Made by a program: the position numbers and the translations under genes. From positions 6,510,001 to 6,574,000 of the forward strand of contig OZ176053.1 in assembly GCA_964247055.1 (NCBI GenBank): a stretch of DNA of 64,000 nt, given 5' to 3'. The notes below the pieces were generated by a model. It saw only the letters and a list, made by a program, of their open reading frames with translations, was not told where the DNA came from and ran no database searches. The first letter of the stretch is position 1, and every line of letters starts with the position of its first letter. This stretch comes from Paragordius varius. Taxonomy: Eukaryota > Animalia > Nematomorpha. Positions 1 through 15,420 of the stretch are shown piece after piece.

Positions 1-3000
1 AATAGTAATATCCGCACGCTTATAATTATTTGATTGTTGAAAAGTAATGGTTGATTGGTGGAAATAGTAATACCCGAACGCTTAAAATTATTTGATTATT
101 GAAAAGTAATGCTTGATTGGTGGAAATAGTACCCGTACGCTTAAAATTATTTGATTGTTGAAAAGTAATGGTTGATTGGTGGAAATAGTAATACCCGCAC
201 GCTTATAATTATTTGATTGTTGAAAAGTAATGGTTGATTGGTGGAAATAGTAATACCCGCACGCTTATAATTATTTGATTGTTGAAAAGTAATGGTTGAT
301 TAGTGGAAATACTAATACCCGCACGCTTATAATTATTTGATTGTTGAAAAGTAATGGTTGATTGGTGGAAATAGTAATATCCGCACGCTTATAATTATTT
401 GATTGTTGAAAAGTAATGGTTGATTGGTGGAAATAGTAATACCCGAACGCTTAAAATTATTTGATTATTGAAAAGTAATGCTTGATTGGTGGAAATAGTA
501 CCCGTACGCTTAAAATTATTTGATTGTTGAAAAGTAATGGTTGATTGGTGGAAATATTAATACCCGAACGCTTAAAATTATTGATTATTGAAAAGTAATG
601 GTTAATTGGTGGAAATAGTAATACCCGCACGCTTATAATTATTTGATTGTTGAAAAGTAATGGTTGATTGGTGCAAATAGTAATACCCGCACGCTTATAA
701 TTATTTGATTGTTGAAAAGTAATGGTTGATTAGTGGAAATACTAATACCCGCACGCTTATAATTATTTGATTGTTGAAAAGTAATGGTTGATTGGTGGAA
801 ATAGTAATATCCGCACGCTTATAATTATTTGATTGTTGAAAAGTAATGGTTGATTGGTGGAAATAGTAATACCCGAACGCTTAAAATTATTTGATTATTG
901 AAAAGTAATGCTTGATTGGTGGAAATAGTACCCGTACGCTTAAAATTATTTGATTGTTGAAAAGTAATGGTTGATTGGTGGAAATAGTAATACCCGCACG
1001 CTTATAATTATTTGATTGTTGAAAAGTAATGGTTGATTGGTGGAAATAGTAATACCCGCACGCTTATAATTATTTGATTGTTGAAAAGTAATGGTTGATT
1101 AGTGGAAATACTAATACCCGCACGCTTATAATTATTTGATTGTTGAAAAGTAATGGTTGATTGGTGGAAATAGTAATATCCGCACGCTTATAATTATTTG
1201 ATTGTTGAAAAGTAATGGTTGATTGGTGGAAATAGTAATACCCGAACGCTTAAAATTATTTGATTATTGAAAAGTAATGCTTGATTGGTGGAAATAGTAC
1301 CCGTACGCTTAAAATTATTTGATTGTTGAAAAGTAATGGTTGATTGGTGGAAATAGTAATACCCGCACGCTTATAATTATTTGATTGTTGAAAAGTAATG
1401 GTTGATTGGTGGAAATAGTAATACCCGCACGCTTATAATTATTTGATTGTTGAAAAGTAATGGTTGATTGGTGGAAATAGTAATACCCGCACGCTTATAA
1501 TTATTTGATTGTTGAAAAGTAATGGTTGATTGGTGAAAATAGTAATACCCGCACGCTTATAATTATTTGATTGTTGAAAAGTAATGGTTGATTGGTGGAA
1601 ATAGTAATACCCGAACGCTTAAAATTTTTTGATTGTTGAAAAGTAATGCTTGATTGGTGGAAATAGTACCCGTACGCTTATAATTATTTGATTGTTGAAA
1701 AGTAATGGTTGATTAGAGAAAATACTAATACCCGAACGCTTAAAATTATTTGATTGTTGAAAAGTAATGGTTGATTGGTGGAAATAGTAATACCCGCACG
1801 CTTATAATTATTTGATTGTTGAAAAAATGGTTGATTGGTGGAAATAGTAATACCCGCACGCTTATAATTATTTGATTGTTGAAAAGTAATGGTTGATTGG
1901 TGGAAATAGTACCCGTACGCTTATAATTATTTGATTGTTGAAAAGTAATGGTTGATTGGTGGAAATAGTAATACCCGAACGCTTAAAATTTTTTGATTAT
2001 TGAAAAGTAATGCTTGATTGGTGGAAATAGTAATACCCGAACGCTTAAAATTATTTGATTATTGAAAAGTAATGCTTGATTGGTGGAAATAGTAATACCC
2101 GCACGCTTATAATTATTTGATTGTTGAAAAGTAATGGTTGATTGGTGGAAATAGTAATACCCGCACGCTTAAAATTATTTGATTATTGAAAAGTAACGCT
2201 TGATTGGTGGAAATAGTACTCGTACGCTTAAAATTATTTGATTGTTGAAAAGTAATGGTTGATTGGTGGAAATAGTAATACCCGCACGCTTATAATTATT
2301 TGATTGTTGAAAAGTAATGCTTGATTGGTGGAAATATACCCGTACGCTTAAAATTATTTGATTGTTGAAAAGTAATGGTTGATTGGTGGAAATAGTAATA
2401 CCCGAACGCTTAAAATTATTTGATTATTGAAAAGTAATGCTTGATTGGTGGAAATAGTACCCGTACGCTTAAAATTATTTGATTGTTGAAAAGTAATGGT
2501 AATTGGTGGAAATAGTAATACCCGAACGCTTAAAATTATTTGATTATTGAAAAGTAATGCTTGATTGGTGGAAATAGTACCCGTACGCTTAAAATTATTT
2601 GATTGTTGAAAAGTAATTGTGTATTGGTGGAAATAGTAATACCCGAACGCTTAAAATTATTTGTTTGTTGAAAAGTAATGCTTGATTGGTGGAAATAGTA
2701 ATACCCGAACGCTTAAAATTATTTGATTATTGAAAAGTAATGCTTGATTGGTGGAAATAGTAATACCCGCACGCTTAAAATTATTTGTTTGTTGAAAAGT
2801 AATGCTTGATTGGTGGAAATAGTAATACCCGTACGCTTAAAATTATTTGTTTGTTGAAAAGTAATGCTTGATTGGTGGAAATAGTAATACCCGAACGCTT
2901 ATAATTATTTGATTGTTGAAAAGTAATGCTTGATTGGTGGAAATAGTAATACCCATACGCTTATAATTATTTGATTGTTGAAAAGTAATGGTTGATTGGT

Positions 3001-6000
3001 GGAAATAGTAATACCCGAACGCTTAAAATTATTTGATTGTTGAAAATTAATGGTTGATTGGTGGAAATAGTAATACCCGCACGCTTATAATAATTTGATT
3101 GTTGAAAAGTAATGGTTGATTGGTGGAAATAGTAATACCCGAACGCTTAAAATTATTTGATTATTGAAAAGTAATGCTTGATTGGTGGAAATAGTAATAC
3201 CCGAACGCTTATAATTATTTGATTGTTGAAAAGTAATGGTTGATTGGTGGAAATAGTAATACCCGAACGCTTAAAATTATTTGATTATTGAAAAGTAATG
3301 CTTGATTGGTGGAAATAGTAATACCCGTACGCTTATAATTATTTGATTGTTGAAAAGTAATGGTTGATTGGTGGAAATAGTAATACCCGAACGCTTAAAA
3401 TTATTTGATTGTTGAAAAGTAATGGTTGATTGGTGGAAATAGTAATACCCGAACGCTTATAATTATTTATTGTTGAAAAGTAATGGTTGATTGGTGGAAA
3501 TAGTAATACCCGCACGCTTATAATTATTTGATTGTTGAAAATTAATGCTTGATTGGTGGAAATAGTACCCGTACGCTTATAATTATTTGATTGTTGAAAA
3601 GTAATGGTTGATTGGTGGAAATAGTAATACCCGCACGTTTCTAATTATTTGATTGTTGAAAAATAATGGTTGATTGGTGGAAATAGTAATACCCGAACGC
3701 TTAAAATTATTTGATTATTGAAAAGTAATGCTTGATTGGTGGAAATAGTACCCGTACGCTTAAAATTATTTGATTGTTGAAAAGTAATGGTAATTGGTGG
3801 AAATATTGATACCCGAACGCTTAAAATTATTTGATTATTGAAAAGTAATGCTTGATTGGTGGAAATAGTACCCGTACGCTTAAAATTATTTGATTGTTGA
3901 AAAGTAATTGTGTATTGGTGGAAATAGTAATACCCGAACGCTTAAAATTATTTGATTGTTGAAAAGTAATGCTTGATTGGTGGAAATAGTACCGTACGCT
4001 TAAAATTATTTGATTGTTGAAAAGTAATGGTTGATTGGTGGAAATAGTAATACCCGCACGCTTATAATTATTTGATTGTTGAAAAGTAATGCTTGATTGG
4101 TGGAAATATACCCGAACGCTTAAAATTATTTGATTATTGAAAAGTAATGGTTGATTGGTGGAAATAGTAATATCCGCACGCTTATAATTATTTGATTGTT
4201 GAAAAGTAATGGTTGATTGGTGGAAATAGTAATACCCGAACGCTTAAAATTATTTGATTATTGAAAAGTAATGCTTGATTGGTGGAAATAGTACCCGTAA
4301 GCTTAAAATTATTTGATTGTTGAAAAGTAATGGTTGATTGGTGGAAATAGTAATACCCGCACGCTTATAATTATTTGATTGTTGAAAAGTAATGGTTGAT
4401 TGGTGGAAATAGTAATACCCGAACGCTTAAAATTATTTGATTATTGAAAAGTAATGCTTGATTGGTGGAAATAGTAATACCCGAACGCTTAAAATTATTT
4501 GATTATTGAAAAGTAATGCTTGATTGGTGGAAATAGTAATACCCGTACGCTTATAATTATTTGATTGTTGAAAAGTAATGGTTGATTGGTGGAAATAGTA
4601 ATACCCGAACGCTTAAAATTATTTGATTGTTGAAAAGTAATGGTTGATTGGTGGAAATAGTAATACCCGAACGCTTATAATTATTTATTGTTGAAAAGTA
4701 ATGGTTGATTGGTGGAAATAGTAATACCCGCACGCTTATAATTATTTGATTGTTGAAAAGTAATGCTTGATTGGTGGAAATAGTACCCGTACGCTTATAA
4801 TTATTTGATTGTTGAAAAGTAATGGTTGATTGGTGGAAATAGTAATACCTGCACGTTTCTAATTATTTGATTGTTGAAAAGTAATGGTTGATTGGTGGAA
4901 ATAGTAATACCCGTACGCTTATAATTATTTGATTGTTGAAAAGTAATGCTTGATTGGTGGAAATAGTAATACCCGAACGCTTATAATTATTTGATTGTTG
5001 AAAAGTAATGGTTGATTGGTGGAAATAGTAATACCCGAACGCTTAAAATTATTTGATTGTTGAAAAGTAATGGTTGATTGGTGGAAATAGTAATACCCGA
5101 ACGCTTATAATTATTTGATTGTTGAAAAGTAATGGTTGATTGGTGGAAATAGTAATACCCGCACGCTTATAATTATTTGATTGTTGAAAAGTAATGGTTG
5201 ATTGGTGGAAATAGTAATACCCGAACGCTTAAAATTATTTGATTATTGAAAAGTAATGCTTGATTGGTGGAAATAGTACCCGTACGCTTATAATTATTTG
5301 ATTGTTGAAAAGTAATGGTTGATTGGTGGAAATAGTAATACCCGCACGTTTCTAATTATTTGATTGTTGAAAAGTAATGGTTGATTGGTGGAAATAGTAA
5401 TACCCGTACGCTTATAATTATTTGATTGTTGAAAAGTAATGCTTGATTGGTGGAAATAGTAATACCCGAACGCTTATAATTATTTGATTGTTGAAAAGTA
5501 ATGGTTGATTGGTGGAAATAGTAATACCCGAACGCTTAAAATTATTTGATTGTTGAAAAGTAATGGTTGATTGGTGGAAATAGTAATACCCGAACGCTTA
5601 TAATTATTTGATTGTTGAAAAGTAATGGTTGATTGGTGGAAATAGTAATACCCGCACGCTTATAATTATTTGATTGTTGAAAAGTAATGGTTGATTGGTG
5701 GAAATAGTAATACCCGAACGCTTAAAATTATTTGATTGTTGAAAAGTAATGGTTGATTGGTGGAAATAGTAATACCCGAACGCTTAAAATTATTTGATTG
5801 TTGAAAAGTAATGGTTGATTGGTGGAAATAGTAATACCCGAACGCTTAAAATTTTTTGATTATTGAAAAGTAATGCTTGATTGGTGGAAATAGTACCCGT
5901 ACGCTTGTAATTATTTGATTGTTGAAAAGTAATGGTTGATTGGTGGAAATAGTAATACCCGCCCGCTTATAAATGTTTGATTGTTGAAAAGTAATGGTTG

Positions 6001-9000
6001 ATTAGAGAAAATACTAATACCCGAACGCTTAAAATTATTTGATTGTTGAAAAGTAATGGTTGATTGGTGGAAATAGTAATTCCCGAACGCTTAAAATTAT
6101 TTGATTGTTGAAAAGTAATGGTTGATTGGTGGAAATAGTAATACCCGCACGCTTATAATTATTTGATTGTTGAAAAGTAATGCTTGATTGGTGGAAATAT
6201 ACCCGAACGCTTAAAATTATTTGATTATTGAAAAGTAATGGTTGATTGGTGGAAATAGTAATATCCGCACGCTTATAATTATTTGATTGTTGAAAAGTAA
6301 TGGTTGATTGGTGGAAATAGTAATACCCGAACGCTTAAAATTATTTGATTATTGAAAAGTAATGCTTGATTGGTGGAAATAGTACCCGTAAGCTTAAAAT
6401 TATTTGATTGTTGAAAAGTAATGGTTGATTGGTGGAAATAGTAATACCCGCACGCTTATAATTATTTGATTGTTGAAAAAATGGTTGATTGGTGGAAATA
6501 GTAATACCCGCACGCTTATAATTATTTGATTGTTGAAAAGTAATGGTTGATTGGTGGAAATAGTACCCGTACGCTTATAATTATTTGATTGTTGAAAAGT
6601 AATGGTTGATTGGTGGAAATAGTAATACCCGAACGCTTAAAATTTTTTGATTATTGAAAAGTAATGCTTGATTGGTGGAAATAGTAATACCCGAACGCTT
6701 AAAATTATTTGATTATTGAAAAGTAATGCTTGATTGGTGGAAATAGTAATACCCGCACGCTTATAATTATTTGATTGTTGAAAAGTAATGGTTGATTGGT
6801 GGAAATAGTAATACCCGCACGCTTAAAATTATTTGATTATTGAAAAGTAACGCTTGATTGGTGGAAATAGTACTCGTACGCTTAAAATTATTTGATTGTT
6901 GAAAAGTAATGGTTGATTGGTGGAAATAGTAATACCCGCACGCTTATAATTATTTGATTGTTGAAAAGTAATGCTTGATTGGTGGAAATATACCCGTACG
7001 CTTAAAATTATTTGATTGTTGAAAAGTAATGGTTGATTGGTGGAAATAGTAATACCCGAACGCTTAAAATTATTTGATTATTGAAAAGTAATGCTTGATT
7101 GGTGGAAATAGTACCCGTACGCTTAAAATTATTTGATTGTTGAAAAGTAATGGTAATTGGTGGAAATAGTAATACCCGAACGCTTAAAATTATTTGATTA
7201 TTGAAAAGTAATGCTTGATTGGTGGAAATAGTACCCGTACGCTTAAAATTATTTGATTGTTGAAAAGTAATTGTGTATTGGTGGAAATAGTAATACCCGA
7301 ACGCTTAAAATTATTTGTTTGTTGAAAAGTAATGCTTGATTGGTGGAAATAGTAATACCCGAACGCTTAAAATTATTTGATTATTGAAAAGTAATGCTTG
7401 ATTGGTGGAAATAGTAATACCCGCACGCTTAAAATTATTTGTTTGTTGAAAAGTAATGCTTGATTGGTGGAAATAGTAATACCCGAACGCTTAAAATTAT
7501 TTGTTTGTTGAAAAGTAATGCTTGATTGGTGGAAATAGTAATACCCGAACGCTTATAATTATTTGATTGTTGAAAAGTAATGCTTGATTGGTGGAAATAG
7601 TAATACCCATACGCTTATAATTATTTGATTGTTGAAAAGTAATGGTTGATTGGTGGAAATAGTAATACCCGAACGCTTAAAATTATTTGATTGTTGAAAA
7701 TTAATGGTTGATTGGTGGAAATAGTAATACCCGCACGCTTATAATAATTTGATTGTTGAAAAGTAATGGTTGATTGGTGGAAATAGTAATACCCGAACGC
7801 TTAAAATTATTTGATTATTGAAAAGTAATGCTTGATTGGTGGAAATAGTAATACCCGAACGCTTATAATTATTTGATTGTTGAAAAGTAATGGTTGATTG
7901 GTGGAAATAGTAATACCCGAACGCTTAAAATTATTTGATTATTGAAAAGTAATGCTTGATTGGTGGAAATAGTAATACCCGTACGCTTATAATTATTTGA
8001 TTGTTGAAAAGTAATGGTTGATTGGTGGAAATAGTAATACCCGAACGCTTAAAATTATTTGATTGTTGAAAAGTAATGGTTGATTGGTGGAAATAGTAAT
8101 ACCCGAACGCTTATAATTATTTATTGTTGAAAAGTAATGGTTGATTGGTGGAAATAGTAATACCCGCACGCTTATAATTATTTGATTGTTGAAAATTAAT
8201 GCTTGATTGGTGGAAATAGTACCCGTACGCTTATAATTATTTGATTGTTGAAAAGTAATGGTTGATTGGTGGAAATAGTAATACCCGCACGTTTCTAATT
8301 ATTTGATTGTTGAAAAATAATGGTTGATTGGTGGAAATAGTAATACCCGAACGCTTAAAATTATTTGATTATTGAAAAGTAATGCTTGATTGGTGGAAAT
8401 AGTACCCGTACGCTTAAAATTATTTGATTGTTGAAAAGTAATGGTAATTGGTGGAAATAGTAATACCCGAACGCTTAAAATTATTTGATTATTGAAAAGT
8501 AATGCTTGATTGGTGGAAATAGTACCCGTACGCTTAAAATTATTTGATTGTTGAAAAGTAATTGTGTATTGGTGGAAATAGTAATACCCGAACGCTTAAA
8601 ATTATTTGATTGTTGAAAAGTAATGCTTGATTGGTGGAAATAGTACCGCGCTTAAAATTATTTGATTGTTGAAAAGTAATGGTTGATTGGTGGAAATAGT
8701 AATACCCGCACGCTTATAATTATTTGATTGTTGAAAAGTAATGCTTGATTGGTGGAAATATACCCGAACGCTTAAAATTATTTGATTATTGAAAAGTAAT
8801 GGTTGATTGGTGGAAATAGTAATATCCGCACGCTTATAATTATTTGATTGTTGAAAAGTAATGGTTGATTGGTGGAAATAGTAATACCCGAACGCTTAAA
8901 ATTATTTGATTATTGAAAAGTAATGCTTGATTGGTGGAAATAGTACCCGTAAGCTTAAAATTATTTGATTGTTGAAAAGTAATGGTTGATTGGTGGAAAT

Positions 9001-12000
9001 AGTAATACCCGCACGCTTATAATTATTTGATTGTTGAAAAGTAATGGTTGATTGGTGGAATTAGTAATACCCGAACGCTTAAAATTATTTGATTATTGAA
9101 AAGTAATGCTTGATTGGTGGAAATAGTAATACCCGAACGCTTAAAATTATTTGATTATTGAAAAGTAATGCTTGATTGGTGGAAATAGTAATACCCGTAC
9201 GCTTATAATTATTTGATTGTTGAAAAGTAATGGTTGATTGGTGGAAATAGTAATACCCGAACGCTTAAAATTATTTGATTGTTGAAAAGTAATGGTTGAT
9301 TGGTGGAAATAGTAATACCCGAACGCTTATAATTATTTATTGTTGAAAAGTAATGGTTGATTGGTGGAAATAGTAATACCCGCACGCTTATAATTATTTG
9401 ATTGTTGAAAAGTAATGCTTGATTGGTGGAAATAGTACCCGTACGCTTATAATTATTTGATTGTTGAAAAGTAATGGTTGATTGGTGGAAATAGTAATAC
9501 CTGCACGTTTCTAATTATTTGATTGTTGAAAAGTAATGGTTGATTGGTGGAAATAGTAATACCCGTACGCTTATAATTATTTGATTGTTGAAAAGTAATG
9601 CTTGATTGGTGGAAATAGTAATACCCGAACGCTTATAATTATTTGATTGTTGAAAAGTAATGGTTGATTGGTGGAAATAGTAATACCCGAACGCTTAAAA
9701 TTATTTGATTGTTGAAAAGTAATGGTTGATTGGTGGAAATAGTAATACCCGAACGCTTATAATTATTTGATTGTTGAAAAGTAATGGTTGATTGGTGGAA
9801 ATAGTAATACCCGCACGCTTATAATTATTTGATTGTTGAAAAGTAATGGTTGATTGGTGGAAATAGTAATACCCGAACGCTTAAAATTATTTGATTATTG
9901 AAAAGTAATGCTTGATTGGTGGAAATAGTACCCGTACGCTTATAATTATTTGATTGTTGAAAAGTAATGGTTGATTGGTGGAAATAGTAATACCCGCACG
10001 TTTCTAATTATTTGATTGTTGAAAAGTAATGGTTGATTGGTGGAAATAGTAATACCCGTACGCTTATAATTATTTGATTGTTGAAAAGTAATGCTTGATT
10101 GGTGGAAATAGTAATACCCGAACGCTTATAATTATTTGATTGTTGAAAAGTAATGGTTGATTGGTGGAAATAGTAATACCCGAACGCTTAAAATTATTTG
10201 ATTGTTGAAAAGTAATGGTTGATTGGTGGAAATAGTAATACCCGAACGCTTATAATTATTTGATTGTTGAAAAGTAATGGTTGATTGGTGGAAATAGTAA
10301 TACCCGCACGCTTATAATTATTTGATTGTTGAAAAGTAATGGTTGATTGGTGGAAATAGTAATACCCGAACGCTTAAAATTATTTGATTGTTGAAAAGTA
10401 ATGGTTGATTGGTGGAAATAGTAATACCCGAACGCTTAAAATTATTTGATTGTTGAAAAGTAATGGTTGATTGGTGGAAATAGTAATACCCGAACGCTTA
10501 AAATTTTTTGATTATTGAAAAGTAATGCTTGATTGGTGGAAATAGTACCCGTACGCTTGTAATTATTTGATTGTTGAAAAGTAATGGTTGATTGGTGGAA
10601 ATAGTAATACCCGCCCGCTTATAAATGTTTGATTGTTGAAAAGTAATGGTTGATTAGAGAAAATACTAATACCCGAACGCTTAAAATTATTTGATTGTTG
10701 AAAAGTAATGGTTGATTGGTGGAAATAGTAATTCCCGAACGCTTAAAATTATTTGATTGTTGAAAAGTAATGGTTGATTGGTGGAAATAGTAATACCCGC
10801 ACGCTTATAATTATTTGATTGTTGAAAAGTAATGCTTGATTGGTGGAAATATACCCGAACGCTTAAAATTATTTGATTATTGAAAAGTAATGGTTGATTG
10901 GTGGAAATAGTAATATCCGCACGCTTATAATTATTTGATTGTTGAAAAGTAATGGTTGATTGGTGGAAATAGTAATACCCGAACGCTTAAAATTATTTGA
11001 TTATTGAAAAGTAATGCTTGATTGGTGGAAATAGTACCCGTAAGCTTAAAATTATTTGATTGTTGAAAAGTAATGGTTGATTGGTGGAAATAGTAATACC
11101 CGCACGCTTATAATTATTTGATTGTTGAAAAGTAATGGTTGATTGGTGGAAATAGTAATACCCGAACGCTTAAAATTATTTGATTATTGAAAAGTAATGC
11201 TTGATTGGTGGAAATAGTAATACCCGAACGCTTAAAATTATTTGATTATTGAAAAGTAATGCTTGATTGGTGGAAATAGTAATACCCGTACGCTTATAAT
11301 TATTTGATTGTTGAAAAGTAATGGTTGATTGGTGGAAATAGTAATACCCGAACGCTTAAAATTATTTGATTGTTGAAAAGTAATGGTTGATTGGTGGAAA
11401 TAGTAATACCCGAACGCTTATAATTATTTATTGTTGAAAAGTAATGGTTGATTGGTGGAAATAGTAATACCCGCACGCTTATAATTATTTGATTGTTGAA
11501 AAGTAATGCTTGATTGGTGGAAATAGTACCCGTACGCTTATAATTATTTGATTGTTGAAAAGTAATGGTTGATTGGTGGAAATAGTAATACCCGCACGTT
11601 TCTAATTATTTGATTGTTGAAAAGTAATGGTTGATTGGTGGAAATAGTAATACCCGTACGCTTATAATTATTTGATTGTTGAAAAGTAATGCTTGATTGG
11701 TGGAAATAGTAATACCCGAACGCTTATAATTATTTGATTGTTGAAAAGTAATGGTTGATTGGTGGAAATAGTAATACCCGAACGCTTAAAATTATTTGAT
11801 TGTTGAAAAGTAATGGTTGATTGGTGGAAATAGTAATACCCGAACGCTTATAATTATTTGATTGTTGAAAAGTAATGGTTGATTGGTGGAAATAGTAATA
11901 CCCGCACGCTTATAATTATTTGATTGTTGAAAAGTAATGGTTGATTGGTGGAAATAGTAATACCCGAACGCTTAAAATTATTTGATTATTGAAAAGTAAT

Positions 12001-15000
12001 GCTTGATTGGTGGAAATAGTACCCGTACGCTTATAATTATTTGATTGTTGAAAAGTAATGGTTGATTGGTGGAAATAGTAATACCCGAACGCTTAAAATT
12101 ATTTGATTGTTGAAAAGTAATGGTTGATTGGTGGAAATAGTAATACCCGAACGCTTAAAATTTTTTGATTATTGAAAAGTAATGCTTGATTGGTGGAAAT
12201 AGTACCCGTACGCTTGTAATTATTTGATTGTTGAAAAGTAATGGTTGATTGGTGGAAATAGTAATACCCGCCCGCTTATAAATGTTTGATTGTTGAAAAG
12301 TAATGGTTGATTAGAGAAATTACTAATACCCGAACGCTTAAAATTATTTGATTGTTGAAAAGTAATGGTTGATTGGTGGAAATAGTAATTCCCGAACGCT
12401 TAAAATTATTTGATTGTTGAAAAGTAATGGTTGATTGGTGGAAATAGTAATACCCGCACGCTTATAATTATTTGATTGTTGAAAAAATGGTTGATTGGTG
12501 GAAATAGTAATACCCGCACGCTTATAATTATTTGATTGTTGAAAAGTAATGGTTGATTGGTGGAAATAGTACCCGTACGCTTATAATTATTTGATTGTTG
12601 AAAAGTAATGGTTGATTGGTGGAAATAGTAATACCCGAACGCTTAAAATTATTTGATTATTGAAAAGTAATGCTTGATTGGTGGAAATAGTAATACCCGA
12701 ACGCTTAAAATTATTTGATTATTGAAAAGTAATGCTTGATTGGTGGAAATAGTAATACCCGCACGCTTATAATTATTTGATTGTTGAAAAGTAATGGTTG
12801 ATTGGTGGAAATAGTAATACCCGAACGCTTATAATTATTTGATTGTTGAAAAGTAATGCTTGATTGGTGGAAATAGTAATACCCGCACGCTTATAATTAT
12901 TTGATTGTTGAAAAGTAATGGTTGATTGGTGGAAATAGTAATACCCGAACGCTTATAATTATTTGATTGTTGAAAAGTAATGGTTGATTTGTGGAAATAG
13001 TAATACCCGCACGCTTAAAATTATTTGATTATTGAAAAGTAACGCTTGATTGGTGGAAATAGTACTCGTACGCTTAAAATTATTTGATTGTTGAATAATT
13101 GTGTATTGGTAGTAATACCCGAACGCTTAAAATTATTTGATTATTGAAAAGTAATGCTTGATTGGTGGAAATAGTACCGTACGCTTAAAATTATTTGATT
13201 GTTGAAAAGTAATGGTAATTGGTGGAAATAGTAATACCCGAACGCTTAAAATTATTTGATTATTGAAAAGTAATGCTTGATTGGTGGAAATAGTACCCGT
13301 ACGCTTAAAATTATTTGATTGTTGAAAAGTAATTGTGTATTGGTGGAAATAGTAATACCCGAACGCTTAAAATTATTTGATTGTTGAAAAGTAATGCTTG
13401 ATTGGTGGAAATAGTACCCGTACGCTTAAAATTATTTGATTGTTGAAAAGTAATGGTTGATTGGTGGAAATAGTAATACCCGCACGCTTATAATTATTTG
13501 ATTGTTGAAAAGTAATGGTTGATTGGTGGAAATAGTAATACCCGAACGCTTAAAATTATTTGATTATTGAAAAGTAATGCTTGATTGGTGGAAATAGTAC
13601 CCGTACGCTTATAATTATTTGATTGTTGAAAAGTAATGGTTGATTGGTGGAAATAGTAATACCCGAACGCTTAAATATATTTGATTATTGAAAAGTAATG
13701 CTTGATTGGTGGAAATAGTAATACCCGCATGCTTATAATTATTTGATTGTTGAAAAGTAATGGTTGATTGGTGGAAATAGTAATACCCGCACGCTTATAA
13801 TTATTTGATTGTTGAAAAGTAATGGTTGATTGGTGGAAATAGTAATACCCGCACGCTTATAATTATTTGATTGTTGAAAAGTAATGGTTGATTGGTGGTT
13901 AGTAATATCCGCACGCTTATAATTATTTGATTGTTGAAAAGTAATGGTTGATTGGTGGAAATAGTAATATCCGCACGCTTATAATTATTTGATTGTTGTG
14001 AATTAATGGTTGATTGGTGGAAATAGTAAAACTCGCACGCTTATAATAATTTGATTGTTGAAAAGTAATGGTTGATTGGTGGAAATAGTAATACCCGAAC
14101 GCTTAAAATTATTTGATTATTGAAAAGTAATGCTTGATTGGTGGATATAGTAATACCCGAACGCTTATAATTATTTGATTGTTGAAAAGTAATGGTTGAT
14201 TGGTGGAAATAGTAATACCCGCACGCTTATAATTATTTGATTGTTGAAAAGTAATGGTTGATTGGTGGAAATAGTAATACCCGAACGCTTAAAATTATTT
14301 GATTGTTGAAAAGTAATGGTTGATTGGTGGAAATAGTAATACCCGAACGCTTAAAATTTTTTGATTATTGAAAAGTAATGCTTGATTGGTGGAAATAGTA
14401 CCCGTACGCTTAAAATTATTTGATTGTTGAAAAGTAATGCTTGATTGGTGGAAATAGTAATACCCGAACGCTTATAATTATTTGATTGTTGAAAAGTAAT
14501 GGTTGATTGGTGGAAATAGTAATACCCGAACGCTTAAAATTATTTGATTGTTGAAAAGTAATGGTTGATTGGTGGAAATAGTAATACCCGAACGCTTAAA
14601 ATATATTGATTGTTGAAAAGTAATGGTTGATTGGTGGAAATAGTAATACCCGAACGCTTATAATTATTTGATTGTTGAAAAGTAATGGTTGATTGGTGGA
14701 AATAGTAATACCCGCACGCTTATAATTATTTGATTGTTGAAAAGTAATGGTTGATTTGTGGAAATAGTAATACCCGCACGCTTATAATTATTTGATTGTT
14801 GAAAAGTAATGGTTGATTGGTGGAAATAGTAATACCCGAACGCTTAAAATTATTTGATTATTGAAAAGTAATGCTTGATTGGTGGAAATAGTACCCGTAC
14901 GCTTATAATTATTTGATTGTTGAAAAGTAATGGTTGATTGGTGGAAATAGTAATACCCGAACGCTTAAAATTATTTGATTGTTGAAAAGTAATGGTTGAT

Positions 15001-15420
15001 TGGTGGAAATAGTAATACCCGAACGCTTAAAATTTTTTGATTATTGAAAAGTAATGCTTGATTGGTGGAAATAGTACCCGTACGCTTAAAATTATTTGAT
15101 TGTTGAAAAGTAATGGTTGATTGGTGGAAATAGTAATACCCGCCCGCTTATAAATGTTTGATTGTTGAAAAGTAATGGTTGATTAGAGAAAATACTAATA
15201 CCCGAACGCTTAAAATTATTTGATTGTTGAAAAGTAATGGTTGATTGGTGGAAATAGTAATACCCGCACGCTTAAAATTATTTGATTATTGAAAAGTAAC
15301 GCTTGATTGGTGGAAATAGTAATATCCGCACGCTTATAATTATTTGATTGTTGAAAAAATGGTTGATTGGTGGAAATAGTAATACCCGCACGCTTAAAAT
15401 TATTTGATTGTTGAAAAGTA
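1..15420. repeat. 62-bp tandem satellite, homogeneous core (continues beyond the window's left edge)
   Basis: Monomer AATAGTAATACCCGCACGCTTATAATTATTTGATTGTTGAAAAGTAATGGTTGATTGGTGGA recurs with period 62 (GGAAAT at 181, 243, 305). 59-bp variants lack 3 nt (TAGTACCC). Variation is confined to a few recurrent sites. Confidence 0.98.
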
